Below are positions 24,401 to 37,650 of a stretch of DNA of 64,000 nt, piece by piece. Numbering within the stretch: the stretch's first letter is position 1; every line of letters begins with the position of its first letter. Under the pieces are notes generated by a model. The model was not told the origin of the DNA and ran no database searches. It worked only from the letters and a program-made list of their open reading frames with translations. The stretch is from positions 408,890,001-408,954,000 of the forward strand of contig OZ024741.1 in NCBI GenBank assembly GCA_964016885.1, read 5' to 3'. This DNA comes from Eledone cirrhosa. Its lineage: Eukaryota. Made by a program: the position numbers and the translations under genes.

Positions 24401-27400
24401 TAAAAGGGAGACTGTGTACCTATTTTAAGAAGGAAGACTGTGTACCTAATTTAAAAGGAAGACTGTGTACCTATTTTAAAAGGGAGAATGTGTACCTATT
24501 TTAAAAGGAAGACTCTACCTATTTTAAAAGGAAGACTGTGTACCTATCTTAAAAGGAAGACTGTACCTATTTTAAAAGGAAGACTGTACCTATTTTAAAA
24601 GGAAGACTGTGTACCAATTTTAAAAGGAAGTCTGTGTACCTATTTTAAAAGGGAGACTATGTACCTATTTTAAAAAAAGACTGTGTACCTATTTTAAAAG
24701 GAAGATTGTACCTATTTTAAAAGGAAGACTGTACCTATTTAAAAAAAAGACTGTGTACCTATTTTAAAAGGAAGACCGTGTACATATTTTAAAAGGAAGA
24801 CTGTACCTATTTTAAAAAAGAGACTGTGTGCCTATTTTAAAAGGGAGACCGTGTACCTATTTTAAAAGGGAGACTGTACATATTTTAAAAGGAAGACTGT
24901 GTACCTATTTTATAAGGAAGAATGTACCTATTTTAAAAGGGAGACTGTGTACCTATTTTAAAAGGAAGACTCTGTACCTAATTTAAAAGGAAGACTGTGT
25001 ACCTATTTTAAAAGGGAGAATGTGTACCTATTTTAAAAGGGAGACTGTGTACCTATTTTAAAAGAAAGACTGTACGTCTTTGAAAAGCGAGACTGTGTAC
25101 CTATTTAAAAAAAAAGACTGTACCTATTTTAAAAGGAAGACTCTACCTATTTTAAAAGGAAGACTGTGTACCTATTTTAAAAGGAAGACTGTACCTATTT
25201 TAAAAGGGAGACTGTGTACCTATCTTAAAAGGAAGACTGTACCTATTTTAAAAGGAAGACTGTACCTATTTTAAAAGGAAGACTGTGTACCTATTTTAAA
25301 AGGAAGACTGTACCTATTTTAAAAGGAAGCCTGTGTACCTATTTTAAAAGGAAGACTGTGTACCTATTTTAAAAGGAAGACTTACCTATTTTAAAAGGAA
25401 GACTGTGTACCTATTTTAAAAAGGAGACTATGTACCTATTTTAAAAGGAAGACTGTACCTATTTTAAAAGGAAGACTGTGTACCTATTTAAAAGGAAGAT
25501 TGTACCTATTTTAAAAGGAAGACTGTACCTATTTTAAAAGGAAGACTGTGTACTTATTTTAAAAGGAAGTCTGTGTACCTATTTTAAAAGGGAGACTGTG
25601 TACCTATTTTAAAAGCAAGTCTGTGTACCTATTTTAAAAGGGAGACTGTGTACCTATTTTAAAAGGAAGTCTGTGTACCTATTTTAAAAGGGAGACTGTG
25701 TACCTATTTTAAAAGGAAGACTGTACCTATTTTAAAAGGGAGACTCTGTGCCTATTTTAAACGGAAGACTGTACCTATTTTAAAAGAAGGACTGTACCTA
25801 TACTAAAAGGAAGACTGTGTACCTATTTTGAAAGGAAGCCTGTGTACCTATTTTAAAAGGAAGACTGTGTACCTATTTTAAAAAGAAGACTGTACCTATT
25901 TTAAAAGGGAGACTGTACCTATTTTAAAAGGCAGACTGTGTACCTATTTTAAAAGGAAGATTGTACCTATTTTAAAAGGAAGACTCTACCTATTTTAAAT
26001 GGAAGACTGTGTACCTATTTTAAAAGGAAGACTGCACCTATTTTAAAAGGGAGACTGTGTACCTATTTTAAAAGGAAGACTGTACCTATTTTAAAAGGAA
26101 GACTGTACCTATTTTAAAAGGAAGACTGTGTACCTATTTTAAAAGGAAGTCTGTGTACCTATTTTAAAAGGGAGACTATGTACCTATTTTAAAAGGAAGT
26201 CTGTGTACCTATTTTAAAAGGAAGAGTGTACCTATTTTAAAAAAGAGACTGTGTACCTATTTTAAAAGGAAGACTGTACCTATTTTAAAAGGTAGACTGT
26301 GTACCTATTTTAAAAGGAAGACTGTGTACCTATTTTAAAAGTGAGACTGTACCTATTTTAAAAGGAAGACTGTACCTATTTTAAAAGGAAGACTGTGTAC
26401 CTATTTTAAAAGGGAGACTGTACCTATTTTAAAAGGAAGACTGTACCTATTTTAAAAAAGAGACTGTGTACCAATTTTAAAAGGAAGACTGTACCTATTT
26501 TAAAAGGGAGACTGTCTACCTATTTTAAAAGAAGACCGTACCTATGTTAAAAGGGAGACTGTGTACCTATTTTAAAAGGAAGACTGTACCTATTTTAAAA
26601 GGGCGACAGTGTACCTATTTTAAAAGGAAGACTGTGTACCTATTTTAAAAGGAAGACTGTACCTGTTTTAAAAGGAAGACTACCTATTTTAAAATAAGAC
26701 TGTGTACCTATTTTAAAAGGAAGACTGTACCTATTTTAAAAGGGAGACTGTACATATTTTAAAAGGGAGACTGTACCTATTTTAAAAGGAAGACTGTGTA
26801 CCTATTTTAAAAGGAAGACTGTGTACCTATTTTAAAAGGGAGACTGTACCTATTTTAAAAGGAAGACTGTACCTATTTTAAAAGGAAGACTGTGTACCTA
26901 TTTTAAAAGGGAGACTGTACCTATTTTAAAAGGAAGACTGTGTACCTATTTTAAAAGGAAAACTGTACCTATTTTAAAAGGAAGACTGTGTACCTATTTT
27001 AAAAGGGAGACTATGTACCTATTTTAAAAGGAAGACTGTACCTATTTTAAAAGGAAGACTGTGTACCTATTTTAAAAGGAAGATTGTACCTATTTTAAAA
27101 GGAAGACTGTACCTATTTTAAAAGGAAGACTGTGTACCTATTTTAAAAGGAAGACTGTACCTATTTTAAAAGGAAGACTGTGTACCTATGTTAAAAGGAA
27201 GTCTGTACCTATTTTAAAAGGAAGACTGTACCTATTTTAAAAGGAAGACTGTGTACCTATTTTAAAAGGGAGACTATGTATTTATCTTAAAAGGAAGACT
27301 GTACCTATTTTAAAAGGAAGACTGTGTACCTATTTTAAAAGGAAGATTGTACCTATTTTAAAAGGAAGACTGTACCTATTTTAAAAAAAGACTGTGTACC

Positions 27401-27720
27401 TATTTTAAAAGGAAGACCGTGTACATATTTTAAAAGGAAGACTGTACCTATTTTAAAAAAGAGACTGTGTGCCTATTTTAAAAGGGGGACCGTGTACCTA
27501 TTTTAAAAGGGAGACTGTACATATTTTAAAAGGAAGACTGTGTACCTATTTTATAAGGAAGAATGTACCTATTTTAAAAGGGAGACTGTGTACCTATTTT
27601 AAGAAGGAAGACTGTGTACCTAATTTAAAAGGAAGACTGTGTACCTATTTTAAAAGGGAGAATGTGTACCTATTTTAAAAGGAAGACTCTACCTATTTTA
27701 AAAGGAAGACTGTGTACCTA
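21480..27720 (+). repeat. Imperfect ~3.2 kb tandem duplication (~21480-24540 and ~24670-27720)
   Basis: ORF offsets 21881/25080 (3199) and 24295/27469 (3174). Shared variants CTCTGTGCC...TAAACGG, GACTGCACC and TAAATGG; the offset changes by monomer gain or loss. Confidence 0.82.
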
Positions 27721-28850
27721 TTTTAAAAGGAAGACTGTACCTATTTTAAAAGGGTGACTGTGTACCTATCTTAAAAGGAAGACTGTACCTATTTTAAAAG
27801 GAAGACTGTACCTATTTTAAAAGGAAGACTGTGTACCAATTTTAAAAGGAAGTCTGTGTACCTATTTTAAAAGGGAGACTATGTACCTATTTTAAAAGGA
27901 AGACTGTACCTATTTTAAAAAAGAGACTGTGTACCTATTTTAAAAGGAAGACTGTACCTATTTTAGAAGGTAGACTGTGTACCTATTTTAAAAGGAAGAC
28001 CGTACCTATGTTAAAAGGGAGACTGTGTAACTATTTTAAAAGGAAGACTGTACCTATTTTAAAAGGGAGGCTGTACCTATTTTAAAAGGAAGACTGTGTA
28101 CCTATTTTAAAAGGAAGATTGTACCTATTTTAAAAGGAAGACTGTACCTATTTTAAAAAATGACTGTGTACCTATTTTAAAAGGAAGACCGTGTACATAT
28201 TTTAAAAGGAAGACTGTACCTATTTTAAAAAAGAGACTGTGTGCCTATTTTAAAAGGGGGACCGTGTACCTATTTTAAAAGGGAGACTGTACATATTTTA
28301 AAAGGAAGACTGTGTACCTATTTTATAAGGAAGAATGTACCTATTTTAAAAGGGAGACTGTGTACCTATTTTAAGATGGAAGACTGTGTACCTAATTTAA
28401 AAGGAAGACTGTGTACCTATTTTAAAAGGGAGAATGTGTACCTATTTTAAAAGGAAGACTCTACCTATTTTAAAAGGAAGACTGTGTACCTATTTTAAAA
28501 GGAAGACTGTGTACCTATTTTAAAAGGGTGACTGTGTACCTATCTTAAAAGGAAGACTGTACCTATTTTAAAAGGAAGACTGTACCTATTTTAAAAGGAA
28601 GACTGTGTACCAATTTTAAAAGGAAGTCTGTGTACCTATTTTAAAAGGGAGACTATGTACCTATTTTAAAAGGAAGACTGTACCTATTTTAAAAAAGAGA
28701 CTGTGTACCTATTTTAAAAGGAAGACTGTACCTATTTTAGAAGGTAGACTGTGTACCTATTTTAAAAGGAAGACCGTACCTATGTTAAAAGGGAGACTGT
28801 GTAACTATTTTAAAAGGAAGACTGTACCTATTTTAAAAGGGAGACTGTGT
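27300..28850 (+). repeat. 772-bp tandem duplication
   Basis: ORFs 27469 and 28241 are offset by 772. The private GGGGGACC variant and the GGGTGAC and TTTTAGAAGGTAG variants appear in both copies. Confidence 0.87.
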
Positions 28851-31571
28851 AACTATTTTAAAAGGAAGACTGTACCTATTTTAAAAGGGAGACAGTGTAC
28901 CTATTTTAAAAGGAAGACTGTGTACCTATTTTAAAAGGAAGACTGTACCTATTTTAAAAGGAAGACTACCTATTTTAAAAGGAAGACTTTGTACCTATTT
29001 TAAAAGGAAGACTGTACCTATTTTAAAAGGGAGACTGTACCTATTTTAAAAGGGAGACTGTACCTATTTTAAAAGGAAGACTGTGTACCTATTTTAAAAG
29101 GAAGACTGTGTACCTATTTTAAAAGGGAGACTGTACCTATTTTAAAAGGAAGACTGTACCTATTTTAAAAGGAAGACTGTGTACCTATTTTAAAAGGGAG
29201 AATGTACCTATTTTAAAAGGAAGACTGTACCTATTTTAAAAGGAAGACTGTACCTATTTTAAAAGGAAGACTATGTACCTATTTTAAAAGGAAGACTGTA
29301 CCTATTTTAAAAGGAAGACTGTGTACCTATTTTAAAAGGAAGATTATACCTATTTTAAAAGGAAGACTGTACCTATTTTAAAAGGAAGACTGTGTACCCA
29401 TTTTAAAAGGAAGACTGTACCTATTTCAAAAGGGAGACTGTGTACCTATTATAAAAGGAAGACTGTACCTATTTTAAAAGGAAGACTGCGTACCTATTTT
29501 AAAAGGGAGACTGTACCTATTTAAAAAGGAACACTGTACCTATTTTAAAAGGAAGACTGTGTACCTATTTTAAAAGGAAGACTGTGTACCTATTTTAAAA
29601 GGAAGATTGTACCTATTTTAAAAGGAAGACTGTACCTATTTAAAAAAAAAGACTGTGTACCTATTTTAAAAGGAAGACCGTGTACATATTTTAAAAGGAA
29701 GACTGTACCTATTTTAAAAAAGAGACTGTGTGCCTATTTTAAAAGGGAGACCGTGTACCTATTTTAAAAGGGAGACTGTACATATTTTAAAGGGAAGACT
29801 GTACCTATTTTATAAGGAAGAATGTACCTATTTTAAAAGGGAGACTGTGTACCTATTGTAAGAAGGAAGACTGTGTACCTAATTTAAAAGGAAGACTGTG
29901 TACCTATTTTAAAAGGGAGAATGTGTACCTATTTTAAAAGGAAGACTCTACCTGTTTTAAAAGGAAGACTGTGTACCTATTTTAAAAGGAAGACTGTACC
30001 TATTTTAAAAGGGTGACTGTGTACCTATCTTAAAAGGAAGACTGTACCTATTTTAAAAGGAAGACTGTACCTATTTTAAAAGGAAGACTGTGTACCAATT
30101 TTAAAAGGAAGTCTGTGTACCTATTTTAAAAGGGAGACTATGTACCTATTTTAAAAGGAAGACTGTACCTATTTTAATAAAGAGACTGTGTACCTATTTT
30201 AAAAGGAAGACTGTACCTATTTTAGAAGGTAGACTGTGTACCTATTTTAAAAGGAAGACCGTACCTATGTTAAAAGGGAGACTGTGTAACTATTTTAAAA
30301 GGAAGACTGTACCTATTTTAAAAGGGAGACAGTGTACCTATTTTAAAAGGAAGACTGTGTACCTATTTTAAAAGGAAGACTGTACCTATTTTAAAAGGAA
30401 GACTACCTATTTTAAAAGGAAGACTTTGTACCTATTTTAAAAGGAAGACTGTACCTATTTTAAAAGGGAGACTGTACCTATTTTAAAAGGGAGACTGTAC
30501 CTATTTTAAAAGGAAGACTGTGTACCTATTTTAAAAGGAAGACTGTGTACCTATTTTAAAAGGGAGACTGTACCTATTTTAAAAGGAAGACTGTACCTAT
30601 TTTAAAAGAAGGACTGTACCTATATTAAAAGGAAGACTGTGTACCTATTTTAAAAGGAAGCCTGTGTACCTATTTTAAAAGGAAGACTGTGTACCTATTT
30701 TAAAAAGAAGACTGTACCTATTTTAAAAGGGAGGCTGTACCTATTTTAAAAGGCAGACTGTGTACCTATTTTAAAAGGAAGATTGTACCTATTTTAAAAG
30801 GAAGACTCTACCTATTTTAAATGGAAGACTGTGTACCTATTTTAAAAGGAAGACTGCACCTATTTTAAAAGGGAGACTGTGTACCTATTTTAAAAGGAAG
30901 ACTGTACCTATTTTAAAAGGAAGACTGTACCTATTTTAAAAGGAAGACTGTGTACCTATTTTAAAAGGAAGTCTGTGTACCTATTTTAAAAGGGAGACTA
31001 TGTACCTATTTTAAAAGGAAGTCTGTGTACCTATTTTAAAAGGAAGAGTGTACCTATTTTAAAAAAGAGACTGTGTACCTATTTTAAAAGGAAGACTGTA
31101 CCTATTTTAAAAGGTAGACTGTGTACCTATTTTAAAAGGAAGACTGTGTACCTATTTTAAAAGTGAGACTGTACCTATTTTAAAAGGAAGACTGTACCTA
31201 TTTTAAAAGGAAGACTGTGTACCTATTTTAAAAGGGAGACTGTACCTATTTTAAAAGGAAGACTGTACCTATTTTAAAAAAGAGACTGTGTACCTATTTT
31301 AAAAGGAAGACTGTACCTATTTTAAAAGGGAGACTGTCTACCTATTTTAAAAGAAGACCGTACCTATGTTAAAAGGGAGACTGTGTACCTATTTTAAAAG
31401 GAAGACTGTACCTATTTTAAAAGGGAGACAGTGTACCTATTTTAAAAGGAAGACTGTGTACCTATTTTAAAAGGAAGACTGTACCTGTTTTAAAAGGAAG
31501 ACTACCTATTTTAAAATAAGACTGTGTACCTATTTTAAAAGGAAGACTGTACCTATTTTAAAAGGGAGACT

Positions 31572-34500
31572 GTACATATTTTAAAAGGGAGACTGTACCT
31601 ATTTTAAAAGGAAGACTGTGTACCTATTTTAAAAGGAAGACTGTGTACCTATTTTAAAAGGGAGACTGTACCTATTTTAAAAGGAAGACTGTACCTATTT
31701 TAAAAGGAAGACTGTGTACCTATTTTAAAAGGGAGACTGTACCTATTTTAAAAGGAAGACTGTGTACCTATTTTAAAAGGAAGACTGTACCTATTTTAAA
31801 AGGAAGACTGTGTACCTATTTTAAAAGGGAGACTATGTACCTATTTTAAAAGGAAGACTGTACCTATTTTAAAAGGAAGACTGTGTACCTATTTTAAAAG
31901 GAAGATTGTACCTATTTTAAAAAGAAGACTGTACCTATTTTAAAAGGAAGACTGTGTACCTATTTTAAAAGGAAGACTGTACCTATTTTAAAAGGAAGAC
32001 TGTGTACCTATGTTAAAAGGAAGACTGTACCTATTTTAAAAGGAAGACTGTACCTATTTTAAAAGGAAGACTGCGTACCTATTTTAAAAGGGAGACTGTA
32101 CCTATTTAAAAAGGAACACTGTACCTATTTTAAAAGTAAGACTGTGTACCTATTTTAAAAGGGAGACTATGTATTTATCTTAAAAGGAAGACTGTACCTA
32201 TTTTAAAAGGAAGACTGTGTACCTATTTTAAAAGGAAGATTGTACCTATTTTAAAAGGAAGACTGTACCTATTTTAAAAAAGAGACTGTGTGCCTATTTT
32301 AAAAGGGAGACCGTGTACCTATTTTAAAAGGGAGACTGTACATATTTTAAAAGGAAGACTGTGTACCTATTTTATAAGGAAGAATGTACCTATATTAAAA
32401 GGGAGACTGTGTACCTATTTTAAGAAGGAAGACTGTGTACCTAATTTAAAAGGAAGACTGTGTACCTATTTTAAAAGGGAGAATGTGTACCTATTTTAAA
32501 AGGAAGACTCTACCTATTTTAAAAGGAAGACTGTGTACCTATTTTAAAAGGAAGACTGTACCTATTTTAAAAGGGTGACTGTGTACCTATCTTAAAAGGA
32601 AGACTGTACCTATTTTAAAAGGAAGACTGTACCTATTTTAAAAGGAAGACTGTGTACCAATTTTAAAAGGAAGTCTGTGTACCTATTTTAAAAGGGAGAC
32701 TATGTACCTATTTTAAAAGGAAGACTGTACCTATTTTAAAAAAGAGACTGTGTACCTATTTTAAAAGGAAGACTGTACCTATTTTAGAAGGTAGACTGTG
32801 TACCTATTTTAAAAGGAAGACCGTACCTATGTTAAAAGGGAGACTGTGTAACTATTTTAAAAGGAAGACTGTACCTATTTTAAAAGGGAGACAGTGTACC
32901 TATTTTAAAAGGAAGAGTGTGTACCTATTTTAAAAGGAAGACTGTACCTATTTTAAAAGGAAGACTACCTATTTTAAAAGGAAGACTTTGTACCTATTTT
33001 AAAAGGAAGACTGTACCTATTTTAAAAGGGAGACTGTACCTATTTTAAAATGGAGACTGTACCTATTTTAAAAGGAAGACTGTGTACCTATTTTAAAAGG
33101 AAGACTGTGTACCTATTTTAAAAGGGAGACTGTACCTATTTTAAAAGGAAGACTGTACCTATTTTAAAAGGAAGACTGTGTACCTATTTTAAAAGGGAGA
33201 ATGTACCTATTTTAAAAGGAAGACTGTACCTATTTTAAAAGGAAGACTGTACCTATTTTAAAAGGAAGACTATGTACCTATTTTAAAAGGAAGACTGTAC
33301 CTATTTTAAAAGGAAGACTGTGTACCTATTTTAAAAGGAAGATTATACCTATTTTAAAAGGAAGACTGTACCTATTTTAAAAGGAAGACTGTGTACCCAT
33401 TTTAAAAGGAAGACTGAACCTATTTCAAAAGGGAGACTGTGTACCTATTTTAAAAGGAAGACTGTACCTATTTTAAAAGGAAGACTGCGTACCTATTTTA
33501 AAAGGGAGACTGTACCTATTTAAAAAGGAACACTGTACCTATTTTAAAAGGAAGACTGTGTACCTATTTTAAAAGGAAGACTGTGTACCTATTTTAAAAG
33601 GAAGATTGTACCTATTTTAAAAGGAAGACTGTACCTATTTTAAAAAAAAGACTGTGTACCTATTTTAAAAGGAAGACCGTGTACATATTTTAAAAGGAAG
33701 ACTGTACCTATTTTAAAAAAGAGACTGTGTGCCTATTTTAAAAGGGAGACCGTGTACCTATTTTAAAAGGGAGACTGTACATATTTTAAAAGGAAGACTG
33801 TGTACCTATTTTATAAGGAAGAATGTACCTATTTTAAAAGGGAGACTGTGTACCTATTTTAAAAGGAAGACTGTGTACCTAATTTAAAAGGAAGACTGTG
33901 TACCTATTTTAAAAGGGAGAATGTGTACCTATTTTAAAAGGGAGACTACCTATTTTAAAAGGAAGACTGTGTACCTATTTTAAAAGAAAGACCGTACGTC
34001 TTTGAAAAGCGAGACTGTGTACCTATTTAAAAAAAAAGACTGTATCTATTTTAAAAGGAACACTGTACCTATTTAAAAAGAGGATTGTGTACCTATTTTA
34101 AAAGGAAGACTGTACCTATTTTAAAAGGAAGACTGTACCTATTTTAAAAGGAAGACTGTGTACCTATTTTAAAAGGAAGACTGTGTACCTATTTTAAAAG
34201 GGAGACTGTACCTATTTTAAAAGGAAGACTGTACCTATTTTAAAAGGAAGACTGTGTACCTATTTTAAAAGCGAGACTGTACTTATTTTAAAAGGAACAC
34301 TGTACCTATTTTAAAAGGAAGATTGTGTACCTATTTTAAAAGGAAGACTGTGTACCTATTTTAAAAGGAAGACTGTACCTATTTTAAAAGGAAGACTACC
34401 TATTTTAAAATAAGACTGTGTACCTATTTTAAAAGGAAGACTGTACCTATTTTAAAAGGGAGACTGTACCTATTTTAAAAGGGAGACTGTACCTATTTTA

Positions 34501-37500
34501 AAAGGAAGACTGTGTTTCCTATTTCAAAAGAAAGACTGTGTACCAATTTTAAAAGGGAGACTGTACCTATTTTAAAAGGAAGACTGTACCTATTTTAAAA
34601 GGAAGACTGTGTACATATTTTAAAAGGGAGACTGTACCTATTTTAAAAGGAAGACTGTGTACCTATTTTAAAAGGAAGACTGTGTACCTATTTTAAAAGG
34701 GAGACTGTACCTATTTTAAAAGGAAGACTGTACCTATTTTAAAAGGAAGACTGTGTACCTATTTTAAAAGGGAGACTGTACCTATTTTAAAAGGAAGACT
34801 GTGTACCTATTTTAAAAGGAAGACTGTACCTATTTTAAAAGGAAGACTGTGTACCTATTTTAAAAGGGAGACTATGTACCTATTTTAAAAGGAAGACTGT
34901 ACCTATTTTAAAAGGAAGACTGTGTACCTATTTTAAAAGGAAGATTGTACCTATTTTAAAAAGAAGACTGTACCTATTTTAAAAGGAAGACTGTGTACCT
35001 ATTTTAAAAGGAAGACTGTACCTATTTTAAAAGGAAGACTGTGTACCTATGTTAAAAGGAAGACTGTACCTATTTTAAAAGGAAGACTGTACCTATTTTA
35101 AAAGGAAGACTGCGTACCTATTTTAAAAGGGAGACTGTACCTATTTAAAAAGGAACACTGTACCTATTTTAAAAGTAAGACTGTGTACCTATTTTAAAAG
35201 GGAGACTATGTATTTATCTTAAAAGGAAGACTGTACCTATTTTAAAAGGAAGACTGTGTACCTATTTTAAAAGGAAGATTGTACCTATTTTAAAAGGAAG
35301 ACTGTACCTATTTTAAAAAAGAGACTGTGTGCCTATTTTAAAAGGGAGACCGTGTACCTATTTTAAAAGGGAGACTGTACATATTTTAAAAGGAAGACTG
35401 TGTACCTATTTTATAAGGAAGAATGTACCTATATTAAAAGGGAGACTGTGTACCTATTTTAAGAAGGAAGACTGTGTACCTAATTTAAAAGGAAGACTGT
35501 GTACCTATTTTAAAAGGGAGAATGTGTACCTATTTTAAAAGGAAGACTCTACCTATTTTAAAAGGAAGACTGTGTACCTATTTTAAAAGGAAGACTGTAC
35601 CTATTTTAAAAGGGTGACTGTGTACCTATCTTAAAAGGAAGACTGTACCTATTTTAAAAGGAAGACTGTACCTATTTTAAAAGGAAGACTGTGTACCAAT
35701 TTTAAAAGGAAGTCTGTGTACCTATTTTAAAAGGGAGACTATGTACCTATTTTAAAAGAAGACTGTACCTATTTTAAAAAAGAGACTGTGTACCTATTTT
35801 AAAAGGAAGACTGTACCTATTTTAGAAGGTAGACTGTGTACCTATTTTAAAAGGAAGACCGTACCTATGTTAAAAGGGAGACTGTGTAACTATTTTAAAA
35901 GGAAGACTGTACCTATTTTAAAAGGGAGACAGTGTACCTATTTTAAAAGGAAGACTGTGTACCTATTTTAAAAGGAAGACTGTACCTATTTTAAAAGGAA
36001 GACTACCTATTTTAAAAGGAAGACTTTGTACCTATTTTAAAAGGAAGACTGTACCTATTTTAAAAGGGAGACTGTACCTATTTTAAAATGGAGACTGTAC
36101 CTATTTTAAAAGGAAGACTGTGTACCTATTTTAAAAGGAAGACTGTGTACCTATTTTAAAAGGGAGACTGTACCTATTTTAAAAGGAAGACTGTACCTAT
36201 TTTAAAAGGAAGACTGTGTACCTATTTTAAAAGGGAGAATGTACCTATTTTAAAAGGAAGACTGTACCTATTTTAAAAGGAAGACTGTACCTATTTTAAA
36301 AGGAAGACTATGTACCTATTTTAAAAGGAAGACTGTACCTATTTTAAAAGGAAGACTGTGTACCTATTTTAAAAGGAAGATTATACCTATTTTAAAAGGA
36401 AGACTGTACCTATTTTAAAAGGAAGACTGTGTACCCATTTTAAAAGGAAGACTGAACCTATTTCAAAAGGGAGACTGTGTACCTATTTTAAAAGGAAGAC
36501 TGTACCTATTTTAAAAGGAAGACTGCGTACCTATTTTAAAAGGGAGACTGTACCTATTTAAAAAGGAACACTGTACCTATTTTAAAAGGAAGACTGTGTA
36601 CCTATTTTAAAAGGAAGACTGTGTACCTATTTTAAAAGGAAGATTGTACCTATTTTAAAAGGAAGACTGTACCTATTTTAAAAAAAAGACTGTGTACCTA
36701 TTTTAAAAGGAAGACCGTGTACATATTTTAAAAGGAAGACTGTACCTATTTTAAAAAAGAGACTGTGTGCCTATTTTAAAAGGGAGACCGTGTACCTATT
36801 TTAAAAGGGAGACTGTACATATTTTAAAAGGAAGACTGTGTACCTATTTTATAAGGAAGAATGTACCTATTTTAAAAGGGAGACTGTGTAACTATTTTAA
36901 AAGGAAGACTGTGTACCTAATTTAAAAGGAAGACTGTGTACCTATTTTAAAAGGGAGAATGTGTACCTATTTTAAAAGGGAGACTACCTATTTTAAAAGG
37001 AAGACTGTGTACCTATTTTAAAAGAAAGACCGTACGTCTTTGAAAAGCGAGACTGTGTACCTATTTAAAAAAAAAGACTGTATCTATTTTAAAAGGAAGA
37101 CTGTACCTATTTAAAAAGAGGATTGTGTACCTATTTTAAAAGGAAGACTGTACCTATTTTAAAAGGAAGACTGTACCTATTTTAAAAGGAAGACTGTGTA
37201 CCTATTTTAAAAGGAAGACTGTGTACCTATTTTAAAAGGGAGACTGTACCTATTTTAAAAGGAAGACTGTACCTATTTTAAAAGGAAGACTGTGTACCTA
37301 TTTTAAAAGCGAGACTGTACTTATTTTAAAAGGAACACTGTACCTATTTTAAAAGGAAGATTGTGTACCTATTTTAAAAGGAAGACTGTGTACCTATTTT
37401 AAAAGGAAGACTGTACCTATTTTAAAAGGAAGACTACCTATTTTAAAATAAGACTGTGTACCTATTTTAAAAGGAAGACTGTACCTATTTTAAAAGGGAG

Positions 37501-37650
37501 ACTGTACCTATTTTAAAAGGGAGACTGTACCTATTTTAAAAGGAAGACTGTGTTTCCTATTTCAAAAGAAAGACTGTGTACCAATTTTAAAAGGGAGACT
37601 GTACCTATTTTAAAAGGAAGACTGTACCTATTTTAAAAGGAAGACTGTGT
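31572..37650 (+). repeat. 3,039-bp tandem duplication (~31572-34610 and ~34611-37650)
   Basis: ORFs 32290/35329 are offset by 3039. Shared variants include TATATTAAAA, AAAATGGAGACTG, GACTGAACC and AAAGACCGTACGTC. The offset becomes 3038 after a 1-bp G loss at ~35758. Confidence 0.9.
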
